Of a DNA stretch of 64,000 bases, positions 38,510 through 50,955 are shown piece after piece. The number at the start of each line of letters is the position of its first letter. The stretch's first letter is position 1. The stretch spans positions 832,001-896,000 of the forward strand of contig CAWIIB010000009.1 in NCBI GenBank assembly GCA_963836075.1. The letters run 5' to 3'. The notes below the pieces were generated by a model, which was not told the origin of the DNA, ran no database searches, and was given only the letters and a program-made list of their open reading frames with translations. A program made the translations under genes and the position numbers. The stretch comes from an uncultured Acidobacteriota bacterium. Its GTDB lineage: Bacteria > Acidobacteriota > JAQAZP01.

Positions 38510-39978
38510 AGGTTGCGGTCCTCCCCGATGCCATAGCGCTCCAGGATCTCGGTGTGGGCTTCCTCGGCCTCGCGCCGGTCAAGCACGCTGAACCGGCCGC
38601 GGTGGGAGAACTCGATCAGGTGGTAGTCCCCCTCGTGGCTCTCCAGGCTCTCCACCAGGTCGTCCAGGCTGGTGACCTCCCGCCCGTTGATCCGTTTCAC
38701 GACGACGTTGCGAAACCAGGCCATGTCGGCGTTCACCGGATGGTCCAGCCGGCGCAGCAGGACCACCCGCTCCTGCATCATGGCCCCCGGCTCGTGGAGC
38801 GGCCGGAGGAAGAACTCCTGCATCAGGTTCTTGTCCGCCCGGGCAAACCACTCCACCCCGAAGGTCTTGAGCATCTCCCGGTCCAGCGGCACGAAGACCA
38901 GGCCGCCGTAGACGTAATACCGCGGGAACTGGTCGTAGAGGTTGCCCCGGGTGTCCCCGGTGGGGAAGGCCAGCAGCGTCACATCGATATCGAAGCGTTC
39001 CCCGTCCCGCAACAGGCGCAGGGGGAGAATCTCGCCGATCTGTTTCTGGTCGGCCAGCATGCCGAAGGAGACCCGCGAGTCGCCGTCGGGCACCGAACCG
39101 TCATTGGCCACCGGCCGGCCGTCCACCGCCAGGATCACGTCTCCTTCCCTGAGGTAGCCCTCGGCGCTGGAACCGGAGTGGATGTGGTTGACCCGCACCC
39201 CGGTCTCGTCTTCGCCCATGCCGGCCCAGGCCCGGATGGCCGGGTTCTCCATCCCGGAGGTGTCCGCGCCCAGCTCGGGGTAGCCGTCGTAACGGCCGTC
39301 GCCCACGTCGCGGAGGAAACGGTTGATCACGCCGGTGGGGATGAAGTAGCCCACGTTCTCCTGCCGCAGGTCGGCCTGGAAAGCCACGCCCACCACTTGC
39401 CCGTCCTGGACCACCGGCCCGCCGCTGTTGCCGGGATTGATCGCCGCGTCGGTCTGCACCGAGATGTGCAGGTCGACGCCGGAGTGGATGTAGAGCGTCT
39501 CGTCGATTCGTGAGACCACTCCGCGGGTGGACGAGATCTGGGTGCCCCCCGCCGGGTAGCCGAGGGTGTCAACCACACTGCCCAGGGTGGGCAGTTCACC
39601 GATTTTCAGCGGCGTCACATCGCTCAGCACCCCGGGGTCGGCGGGTCGGACCAGAGCCAGATCGCAATCGTGGCCCACGTGGACCACCTCGGCCACATAC
39701 GGCTCGGGGTCGTTGTGAATGAAGATCACCAGCAGCCGTGAGTCGCTGACCACATGGGCATTGGTCATAATCAGGCCGCCGTCGATGACAAAACCCGAGC
39801 CGGACCCCTGGGCCACGTCGGTCACGTCCCAGGGGGAATACCAGTTGCCGCGCTGGGAGAAGTTGACCACGCGCACCACCGATCCCTCGAGGCCTTGCGG
39901 CCCGGCCAGGGCGGGGGGCGCTGCCGCCGGCACGAAAACCAGCAGGGCGATGAAGAGCAGAAGAAAGTGTTTCGACAC
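38506..39978 (-). CDS. Deg/HtrA-type trypsin-like serine protease with two PDZ domains
   Basis: GSGSGF, TNAHVV, CDLAL, AAINPGNSGGP; YYVYGGLVFVPL second-PDZ motif. Confidence 0.92.
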   Translation of the reverse strand: MSKHFLLLFIALLVFVPAAAPPALAGPQGLEGSVVRVVNFSQRGNWYSPWDVTDVAQGSGSGFVIDGGLIMTNAHVVSDSRLLVIFIHNDPEPYVAEVVHVGHDCDLALVRPADPGVLSDVTPLKIGELPTLGSVVDTLGYPAGGTQISSTRGVVSRIDETLYIHSGVDLHISVQTDAAINPGNSGGPVVQDGQVVGVAFQADLRQENVGYFIPTGVINRFLRDVGDGRYDGYPELGADTSGMENPAIRAWAGMGEDETGVRVNHIHSGSSAEGYLREGDVILAVDGRPVANDGSVPDGDSRVSFGMLADQKQIGEILPLRLLRDGERFDIDVTLLAFPTGDTRGNLYDQFPRYYVYGGLVFVPLDREMLKTFGVEWFARADKNLMQEFFLRPLHEPGAMMQERVVLLRRLDHPVNADMAWFRNVVVKRINGREVTSLDDLVESLESHEGDYHLIEFSHRGRFSVLDRREAEEAHTEILERYGIGEDRNL

Positions 39979-40078
39979 GTATACCTCCGGGAAAGGGCCA
40001 AACCGGCCACGAATTCAGTTCTCAATTAACAATACCAGATACGGGCGCTCGCGTTCAGGTATCTGGTAAAAAAATCAA

Positions 40079-40119
40079 TTGACTCTACACATAATAAGGT
40101 ATTACCTTATTATGTGTAG
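40079..40119 (+). promoter_or_regulatory. vapBC promoter overlapped by a perfect 35-bp palindromic operator
   Basis: TTGACT at 40079-40084, then CTACACATAATAAGGTA-T-TACCTTATTATGTGTAG (40085-40119). Confidence 0.75.
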
Positions 40120-40130
40120 GAGGCACCGAG

Positions 40131-40361
40131 ATGAAGAACCTGACCCTCGCCATCGACGAGGATCTGCTGATGACCGCACGAAAACTGGCCCTCGACCGGA
40201 ACACCTCGGTCAACCAGTTGATCCGGGATCATCTGAAGAACCTGGTGGAGGAAGACCGGAAGCGTCGGGACGCTCTGGATCGCCTCAAATCACGCATGGC
40301 CCGCGGGATTCTCGAGGTTGGAGACAAACGCTGGACAAGGGATGAACTCCATGAGCGATGA
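40131..40361 (+). CDS. RHH antitoxin (DUF6364 / VapB-like)
   Basis: KNLTLAIDEDLL..ARK.A....TSVNQLIR..L, C-terminal WTRDELHER; overlaps a PIN toxin gene. Confidence 0.85.
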   Translation: MKNLTLAIDEDLLMTARKLALDRNTSVNQLIRDHLKNLVEEDRKRRDALDRLKSRMARGILEVGDKRWTRDELHER

Positions 40362-40776
40362 CCGGCCTGCCTTCGTGGACACCAACATCCTCGTCTACGC
40401 CCTCGACCGCTCGGAGAACCGCCGCCGTCGCCTGGCCGCGCAGCTGATCGAACAGCTCGCTGCGGGTAACCGGCTCCGCCTGAGCACCCAGGTGCTCCAG
40501 GAGTTCTTCGTCACGGTGACGAAGAAGATTCGCCGGCCCATCCCGGCGGTCAAGGCCCTGGAAGTGATGGACGACTTCGCCGTCTGGCCGGTCTTCCTCA
40601 TCGACTACGAAGCGATTCGGGAAGCGGGGGCAATCTGTCGTAGACTGAAGCTCTCCTACTGGGACACACTGATCCTCGTCGCCGCAAGGCGTTCGAACGC
40701 TGAAATCATCTATACGGAGGATCTCAACCACGGCCAGACGATCCACGGCGTGCGGATCCTCAACCCTTTCTTCTAG
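40351..40776 (+). CDS. vapC: PIN-domain toxin
   Basis: FVDTNILVYA, STQVLQEF, LSYWD.LI..AA, YTEDL...G..ILNPF. Confidence 0.9.
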   Translation: MSDDRPAFVDTNILVYALDRSENRRRRLAAQLIEQLAAGNRLRLSTQVLQEFFVTVTKKIRRPIPAVKALEVMDDFAVWPVFLIDYEAIREAGAICRRLKLSYWDTLILVAARRSNAEIIYTEDLNHGQTIHGVRILNPFF

Positions 40777-40962
40777 CCATCCATTGCCGATGAACCAATG
40801 CGCTTGCCGGTTGTCAACCGCTGGTTCCGTAATTGCCGCAGGCGTTACACCGCAGCGCAGGTGAGCGGCATCAAGCTCCATTTTTGGCACCTGTTCCGGC
40901 CGGTATGGATATTGCGATACCCGGTTTGTTGATCGGCTGCGAAACAGGAACTCGACTTCAAC

Positions 40963-40991
40963 TTGACATGCGTCACGTGACGCGTTACATT
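40963..40991 (+). promoter_or_regulatory. higBA sigma70 promoter with palindromic operator in the spacer
   Basis: TTGACA-N17-TACATT; perfect palindrome GCGTCACGTGACGC at 40970-40983. Confidence 0.8.
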
Positions 40992-40996
40992 GATCC

Positions 40997-41278
40997 ATGA
41001 TCAAGACGTTTGCGGACAAGCGAACACGGGAGCTTTACCTGGCCGGCAAGGCGAAACGGTTCCCTGCTGATGTGGCGCCCCGGGCCGCGCGCAAACTCGA
41101 GTATGTGGACCTTGCCACAAGCATCGATGACCTCAAGGTGCCACCAGGAAATCGATTGCACCGGCTGGACGGCGATCGCAAGGGTCAATACTCAATCTCG
41201 GTCAACGAGCAATGGCGCATCTGTTTCCGGTTCGTTGACGGAGACGCCTACGACGTCGAAGTCTGTGACTATCATTGA
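40997..41278 (+). CDS. higB: HigB (RelE/ParE-family) toxin
   Basis: MIKTFADK, DLKVPPGNRLH.L.GDRKGQYSI.VN.QWRICFRF, DYH end; toxin-first gene order. Confidence 0.9.
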   Translation: MIKTFADKRTRELYLAGKAKRFPADVAPRAARKLEYVDLATSIDDLKVPPGNRLHRLDGDRKGQYSISVNEQWRICFRFVDGDAYDVEVCDYH

Positions 41279-41291
41279 GACGGGGTGTGAG

Positions 41292-41606
41292 ATGAATCTC
41301 GCCAACACGGGACGAATGAAACGCCGGCCCACCCATCCCGGCGAAATGCTGCGCGAGGACTTTCTGCCGGACTTCGGATTGACGATTTCCGGGCTCGCTC
41401 GCGTGATTTGTGTCTCCCGGCAAACAGTGAACGAGCTGTTGCGGTGTCGTCGCGCCCTGAGTCCTGAAATGGCTCTCCGCCTGGGCAAGCTGTTCGGCAA
41501 CTCGCCGGAGTTCTGGCTCAATGCCCAGCGCGCGGTCGATCTGTGGGATGCGGACCAGGCGATCAAGGATGAAGTCGCCGGCATCAAGACGCTGAGCGTC
41601 GCCTAG
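41292..41606 (+). CDS. higA: HigA antitoxin
   Basis: PTHPGEMLREDFL, SPEMALRL..LFGNSPEFWLN.Q...DL. Confidence 0.9.
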   Translation: MNLANTGRMKRRPTHPGEMLREDFLPDFGLTISGLARVICVSRQTVNELLRCRRALSPEMALRLGKLFGNSPEFWLNAQRAVDLWDADQAIKDEVAGIKTLSVA

Positions 41607-41625
41607 TGTGGTGTCCCTCTGCGCA

Positions 41626-41795
41626 AAAAAACGGGGTGCCGGCAGTGGTGTAAACCGCCGGCACCCCTTATATTGCCTTCCAGACATGGTCTGGACATAA
41701 ACACTGCAGGGCTGCAGGCCCAGCAGACCGATACGCGTTCAAGCCGTCTTGGTCAGCTCGAGGGCCGTGTCCATCTCTTCGGGCAGTTCGGTCTT
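41626..41795 (-). repeat. Degenerate copy of the atpC 3' end plus the atp terminator
   Basis: Ungapped alignment to 43099-43268 with about 25 mismatches in 170 bp by manual count; reads ELPEEMDTALELTKTA*TRIGLLG versus EMPEEVDAALDLAKTAETRIGLLG. Confidence 0.9.
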
Positions 41796-41850
41796 CACAG
41801 CGCGGGCGGTGTTGTCATGCTCCACGCCAAGGATCCTCCGGTCAGGGATA

Positions 41851-41948
41851 CGACATGTCGATGAAATCGAAAAACATCGACACGTAATGTTGACATGTCG
41901 ATGCAGGTGACATATATTCTCGACATGTATTTTCGACATGTCGACAAA
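41851..41948. promoter_or_regulatory. Array of YGACA(TGTCG) motifs upstream of fic
   Basis: Copies start at 41851, 41878, 41891, 41908, 41921, 41934 and 41942; several are 13 bp apart; includes TTGACA at 41890. Confidence 0.65.
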
Positions 41949-41964
41949 ACGGGATTTCATCATC

Positions 41965-43080
41965 ATGACAACTCCTGGCTGGTCCCCGAACAACCCGTTC
42001 AATGATCTCCCCCCACTGACCGGCACCAGCGGTATCGAAACAAAACCCGTCTTGCGGGCCTGTATCGCTGCGCGTGCAGCTCTGGCCGAGCTCAAGCAGG
42101 CGGCCGAGCTGATCCCCAATCAAAGCATGCTGATCAACACATTGCCGCTGCTCGAGGCCCAGGCCAGTTCTGAGATCGAAAGCATCGTCACGACCACCGA
42201 CAGACTGTTCAGGAACCTCCATGGCCGCGGCGAAACTGACCCGGCCACCAGGGAAGCGCTTCGCTATCGCCAGGCCCTGATGGAGGGGTATCTCGCGCTT
42301 GAAAAACGTCCCTTGTGCACCGCCACCGCCGAAACCATCTGCAGCCGGATCCGCGGTGCGGAGATGCGGGTGCGACGCGTGCCGGGCACCAGGCTTGCCG
42401 GCGGCCTTTCCGGCGAAACGATTTACACGCCTCCGGAAGGCGAGGCCCTGCTTCGTGAATTGCTCGCGGACTGGGAACGGTTTCTGAACGAGCCGAGTGA
42501 GCTCGATCCCCTCATTCGCATGGCGGCCGGACACTACCAGTTCGAAGCGATCCATCCGTTCACCGACGGCAACGGCCGTACCGGTCGCATATTGAACAGC
42601 CTCTACCTGATTCAGGAGAACCTGCTGACCCTCCCTGTTCTCTACCTGAGCCGCTACATCATCGGTCGGAAGAATGAATACTACGACAAGCTGTTGGCCG
42701 TCACGCGAGATCGGGCCTGGGAGCCATGGCTGCTCTTCATGATCGAGGGTCTACGCGAGACGGCGGTCTGGACGAATGCCAAAATCAGCGCGATCCGGGA
42801 ACTGTCCGTCGCCACGGTCGCCCACGTTCGGAAAAGACTGCCCAAGGTGTATAGCCGTGAGCTGGTCGACCTGCTCTTCACCCAACCCTACTGCCGGATC
42901 TCAAATCTTGTGGAGGCCGGTATCGCCAGGAGACAAGCCGCATCGAAATATCTCAAGCTGTTGGCAGACATCGGTGTGCTCGAGGAACATCGGGTCGGGC
43001 GTGAGAAGATTTTCGTACATCCCCGGCTAATGGAATTGTTGACCACCGACGAGAACGATTACCGCAGCCTCGGAGAGTAG
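41965..43080 (+). CDS. fic: Fic-family protein adenylyltransferase (class II, SoFic-like, C-terminal wHTH)
   Basis: [12 protein letters not shown] catalytic motif; [10 protein letters not shown] inhibitory helix; [14 protein letters not shown]...TASKYL-like HTH. Confidence 0.92.
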   Translation: MTTPGWSPNNPFNDLPPLTGTSGIETKPVLRACIAARAALAELKQAAELIPNQSMLINTLPLLEAQASSEIESIVTTTDRLFRNLHGRGETDPATREALRYRQALMEGYLALEKRPLCTATAETICSRIRGAEMRVRRVPGTRLAGGLSGETIYTPPEGEALLRELLADWERFLNEPSELDPLIRMAAGHYQFEAIHPFTDGNGRTGRILNSLYLIQENLLTLPVLYLSRYIIGRKNEYYDKLLAVTRDRAWEPWLLFMIEGLRETAVWTNAKISAIRELSVATVAHVRKRLPKVYSRELVDLLFTQPYCRISNLVEAGIARRQAASKYLKLLADIGVLEEHRVGREKIFVHPRLMELLTTDENDYRSLGE

Positions 43081-43098
43081 CTGCCGGCCTCGGCACAT

Positions 43099-43140
43099 AA
43101 AAAACGGGGTGCCGGCGAAGGTGTAAATCGCCGGCACCCC
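43099..43140 (-). terminator. atp operon terminator (possibly bidirectional)
   Basis: GGGGTGCCGGCGA...TCGCCGGCACCCC 13-bp stem with a minus-strand U tract. Confidence 0.85.
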
Positions 43141-43184
43141 TTATATTGCCTTCCAGACGGGGTCTGGATATGAACACTGCCGGG

Positions 43185-43589
43185 CTAGCTGCCCAGCAGA
43201 CCGATACGCGTTTCAGCCGTCTTTGCCAGATCGAGAGCCGCGTCCACCTCTTCGGGCATCTCGGCTTTGGCCAGATCTTCTTCCGACTGCTTGAGGTCGG
43301 CCCGGGCCTTGTCCCCGTCGATTTCGTCGGCAGCCTCGGCCTCGTTGGCCATCAGGGTCACCCGGTCGGGGAACACCTGGACAAAGCCGCCGTTGACCAT
43401 GAAGCGTTTCTCCTGGCCGTTGATCTGGACCCGCACTTCGCCGATGCCCAGTTCGGCCACCAGCGGCGTGTGCTCGGGCAGCACGCCCATGTAGCCGTCG
43501 GTTGCCGGGAAGTTGACCTCGGAGGCCTCTTCATCGGCCAGCGGCCGCTCGGGCGTCATGATCTCGACCTTGATCTTGTTGTCGGACAT
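43185..43589 (-). CDS. atpC: ATP synthase F1 epsilon subunit
   Basis: EIMTPER, GYMGVLPEHTPL, V.GGF; last gene of the atp operon. Confidence 0.95.
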   Translation of the reverse strand: MSDNKIKVEIMTPERPLADEEASEVNFPATDGYMGVLPEHTPLVAELGIGEVRVQINGQEKRFMVNGGFVQVFPDRVTLMANEAEAADEIDGDKARADLKQSEEDLAKAEMPEEVDAALDLAKTAETRIGLLGS

Positions 43590-43595
43590 CGGTGG

Positions 43596-45927
<2,332 letters not shown>

Positions 45928-45929
45928 GG

Positions 45930-47996
<2,067 letters not shown>

Positions 47997-48000
<4 letters not shown>

Positions 48001-48602
48001 TTTTCGCCTCCTACCCGCTCGAGGCTGGCGGTGAGTATCCGCCCGCGGTCCTCGTCGTTGATCGCTTCACGCACCAGCTTCTCCGCCGTCTCGATGGAGA
48101 GCTCGGCAGCGTATTCGCGCAGCTGGCGCCGGGCGCTCTTGCCCATGTTTTCAAGGTCCTTGGCCGTCTGCCGCTCGATGCGCTCGCATTCGGCCTGGGC
48201 CTGGGCCACCATGTTGCGCCCCAGCTCTTCGGCGTCGTTACCGCCCTTGGCCCGCATCTCGGCCAGCTCCTGCTCGAGGTTCGCCACCTTGCTCCGGGCC
48301 TCGGCCAGCTCGGCCTGGGCCTGGTCCCGCGCGTCGCGGGCGTCGTCGAGTTCTTTGGTGATGTTTTCGGAGCGGGAGCGGAGGAAGGAGGCGATGGGCT
48401 TGGCCAGGAAATATCCCAGCGCACCAAAGAAGATGATGAAGTTGACCGTTTTCCAGAACAGGATGCCCCAGTTGATTCCATGGTGCTCGCCGTGCCCTGC
48501 GTCCTCGCCGTGCCCGCCGGTTTCGGCCAGGCCCGTCGCCGGGGCCAGCAGCATCAGCAGCACCACTGCCGCCGCAAGGAATATCAAGGAAGTTCGTTTC
48601 AT
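47997..48602 (-). CDS. atpF: ATP synthase F0 subunit b
   Basis: N-terminal His/Gly extension, WKTVNFIIF transmembrane helix, long coiled coil; operon position. Confidence 0.88.
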
Positions 48603-48640
48603 CAGCGATGTCTCCGATTCGGTGGTTGTCTCGGTCTCGA

Positions 48641-49090
48641 TCAGGCCAGCGGGCGCCCGAGCACCTGCTCCGCTATCTGGCGTGCCATCAGCGGAATCTC
48701 CTGGGCCATCGACTCACGGGCCGTGGCCATCTCCTGCTCGAGCTCGGTCGCTTTCTCTTCCTTGATGTTGTTCAGCCGGGTGGTGGTGGCTTCAAGCTTC
48801 ACCCGGGCCTCCTCCTGGGCCTGCGATCGCGCGGCGTCCTTCATCCTGACCACGTCGGAGCGAACGTTGAGCAGACCCTGCTTTCGTTCGTCCTCCAGGC
48901 GTTCCAGCTCGCCGGAGGAGGAGCCTGCCTCGTGGAGCAGGCTCTCCTTGTCGCTGGCCCGCTTGGAAGCGATGGCCAGCAGCGGCTCGAAGAGGTTCTT
49001 CTTCAGGAGCCAGATCATGATCAGGATGGCCACCGCAACGATAATGCCCTGGGGGTACTGTTCCTTGACCGCGAGAATGATGTCTTCCAT
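48641..49090 (-). CDS. ATP synthase F0 subunit b'
   Basis: Single N-terminal helix, LFEPLL, coiled coil ending IAEQVLGR; first gene of the operon. Confidence 0.8.
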   Translation of the reverse strand: MEDIILAVKEQYPQGIIVAVAILIMIWLLKKNLFEPLLAIASKRASDKESLLHEAGSSSGELERLEDERKQGLLNVRSDVVRMKDAARSQAQEEARVKLEATTTRLNNIKEEKATELEQEMATARESMAQEIPLMARQIAEQVLGRPLA

Positions 49091-49270
49091 CTCCGGGGCC
49101 CCCTTCGGTTATTGCGATACCAAAAATTGTGAATAGAAAAAAATAAAAGCCCACCGGGCGCCCATAGCCCCCCGAAGGTGCTCTTCGAATCATCTAAGTC
49201 GTTGTGAAAAAAATCACTTGTCCCCGTCAACCGACACCTCGGGCGTGCCGAAGACGGCAAAAGACTCGAA

Positions 49271-49299
49271 AATCTAACATAGAACCATAATCGAGTCAA
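49271..49299 (-). promoter_or_regulatory. Probable sigma70 promoter of the atp operon
   Basis: Minus strand TTGACT-N17-TAGATT with extended -10 TG. Confidence 0.55.
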
Positions 49300-49415
49300 T
49301 GAATTCGGGGGATTTTGGGTCTGTTTTCAACAGGTTGAAGAAAGGGATATTCCCCAGGGGGGAAAACCGGGTCCGCGCCCCCGAAGGAGCCCGGAAAACA
49401 TGGTTGGAATGGGGA

Positions 49416-50936
49416 TTACGGCGCCACCCCGGTCACCGTACAAGCTGCTGTATCCGTGTCCCCTGTCGCCGGGTACGGCGGCTGGTTGTAAGGGGCCGGA
49501 GTTACGTCCTCAGCCACCAGGGTGAAGACGTTGTCACCCGCCAGCGACCCGAGAGCCGGGATGTTCTGGACCCAGGAGGTGAGATAGCTGTCGCTGGCAC
49601 CCACGTTGGTGTAACCGGCACGCCAGTTGTTGTATCCCTGGCCGCCGGCCAGTGTGACATTGATCTTCCCCGCGATCCGTCGTGTTAACCCAGGGTAGAG
49701 ATTTTCCAGTTCAACAAACATGGTGCTCTGAAAGGGGAGTGTGCCGCTGGACGGCACACAGCCGAACGAAGCGGACAAAGTGATCCCTGCCGGTGAGTGG
49801 TAGCCCATGTCCGCCTGCCCCGTGTCACCGAAGCCATCGCTGCGCGTGGCCACGTCATCGAGGCAGACGACACCGGTTGGCGGCGATGCGCAGATACTCG
49901 CCGCCAGGTCGCTGCCCGCATCGACGCAGGGACTGTCCGCGGCCTGGCCCGCGGCAATCTGGGAAAGGTAGTAGTCGCCGCCAGGGCCGCTGACGAAGAG
50001 CGGGTCGAGGTCGATATTCCCTGTGCCGGGATACACGCCCCCAATATCGCAATAGTCGATCGTGCCGTAGTAGGCATAGATATCGCTTGAGAAATTTCCC
50101 CAGATTATCGAGTCGCGCAGCGTGATGATCGACTCTTCGTTGGCGTAGATGCCGGTGGCATAACCGCCGCCCACATTGTCCACGATGGTACAGCCGATGA
50201 TCGTCGCGTGGCACTGGCCGTAGTAAGAGCCGTAGAGGTAGATGGCGCCGCTCTGCCCATACAGCCAATTGTAACTGTTGTTGCCGTAAATCAGGTTGTT
50301 GAAGATCAGCGGCTCGGCGACATCATAGACCATGATGGCGCCGCTGTATTCACCGGTGTTGTAAGAGATCTCGTTGGAGATGATCAGCGGAGATCCAGAC
50401 ACGAACATCGCGCCGCCAAGGTCGAAACCCTCGTTGTTGGTGATCACGTTGCCGATGATGGTAGGCGATGCACCACAATAGATCCCGGCCACCGAATCGC
50501 TGAGAAAATTAGTGATGGTGAAACCACGGAGAACCGAATCGGGGCCCTCCCCGCTCTCGAACCAGAATGCGATGTGCTCTTCGACCCCCCATTCCCCGAG
50601 CCCGTCAAGGATGCAACTGGCCGGCCCGTTGGCCGAAGCGACAGTGATCGCCTTGCCATGGAAGTCGACCTCCCAGTTGCCGTCCCCGCTGTACGTGCCG
50701 TCGGCCACCAGCACCGTGTCGCCGTTCAGTGCGGCATTGATCCCTTCCTGGATGGCATCGTAAGGATGGTCGAGGGACCCATCCTCCAGCGGATCACTGA
50801 CCGTCGGATCGCCCGGGCCAGGGTCGTTCGGTGCGTCGTCGTCCACGTGGATGGTGGTCTGTGCGTGGAGCGTTGCGGTGAAGAGCATCATCGTCAGAGC
50901 GATGACAAGAACTGACACTGGAACACGGGATTTCAT
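49416..50936 (-). CDS. Secreted parallel beta-helix protein with conserved ~120-aa C-terminal domain (tandem copy 4)
   Basis: Signal peptide; VDDDAP.DPGPGDP..SDPLEDGS.DHPYDAIQEGI cap; helix repeats; ends DVTPAPYNQPPY...CTVTGVAP. Confidence 0.8.
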   Translation of the reverse strand: MKSRVPVSVLVIALTMMLFTATLHAQTTIHVDDDAPNDPGPGDPTVSDPLEDGSLDHPYDAIQEGINAALNGDTVLVADGTYSGDGNWEVDFHGKAITVASANGPASCILDGLGEWGVEEHIAFWFESGEGPDSVLRGFTITNFLSDSVAGIYCGASPTIIGNVITNNEGFDLGGAMFVSGSPLIISNEISYNTGEYSGAIMVYDVAEPLIFNNLIYGNNSYNWLYGQSGAIYLYGSYYGQCHATIIGCTIVDNVGGGYATGIYANEESIITLRDSIIWGNFSSDIYAYYGTIDYCDIGGVYPGTGNIDLDPLFVSGPGGDYYLSQIAAGQAADSPCVDAGSDLAASICASPPTGVVCLDDVATRSDGFGDTGQADMGYHSPAGITLSASFGCVPSSGTLPFQSTMFVELENLYPGLTRRIAGKINVTLAGGQGYNNWRAGYTNVGASDSYLTSWVQNIPALGSLAGDNVFTLVAEDVTPAPYNQPPYPATGDTDTAACTVTGVAP

Positions 50937-50955
50937 CAGAATCTCTCCTCATCGT

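Noticed and set aside
41739-42119. 126-aa minus-strand ORF ending in an atpC-like peptide
   Set aside because: Chance ORF running through the fic antisense strand into the atpC remnant; not a gene.
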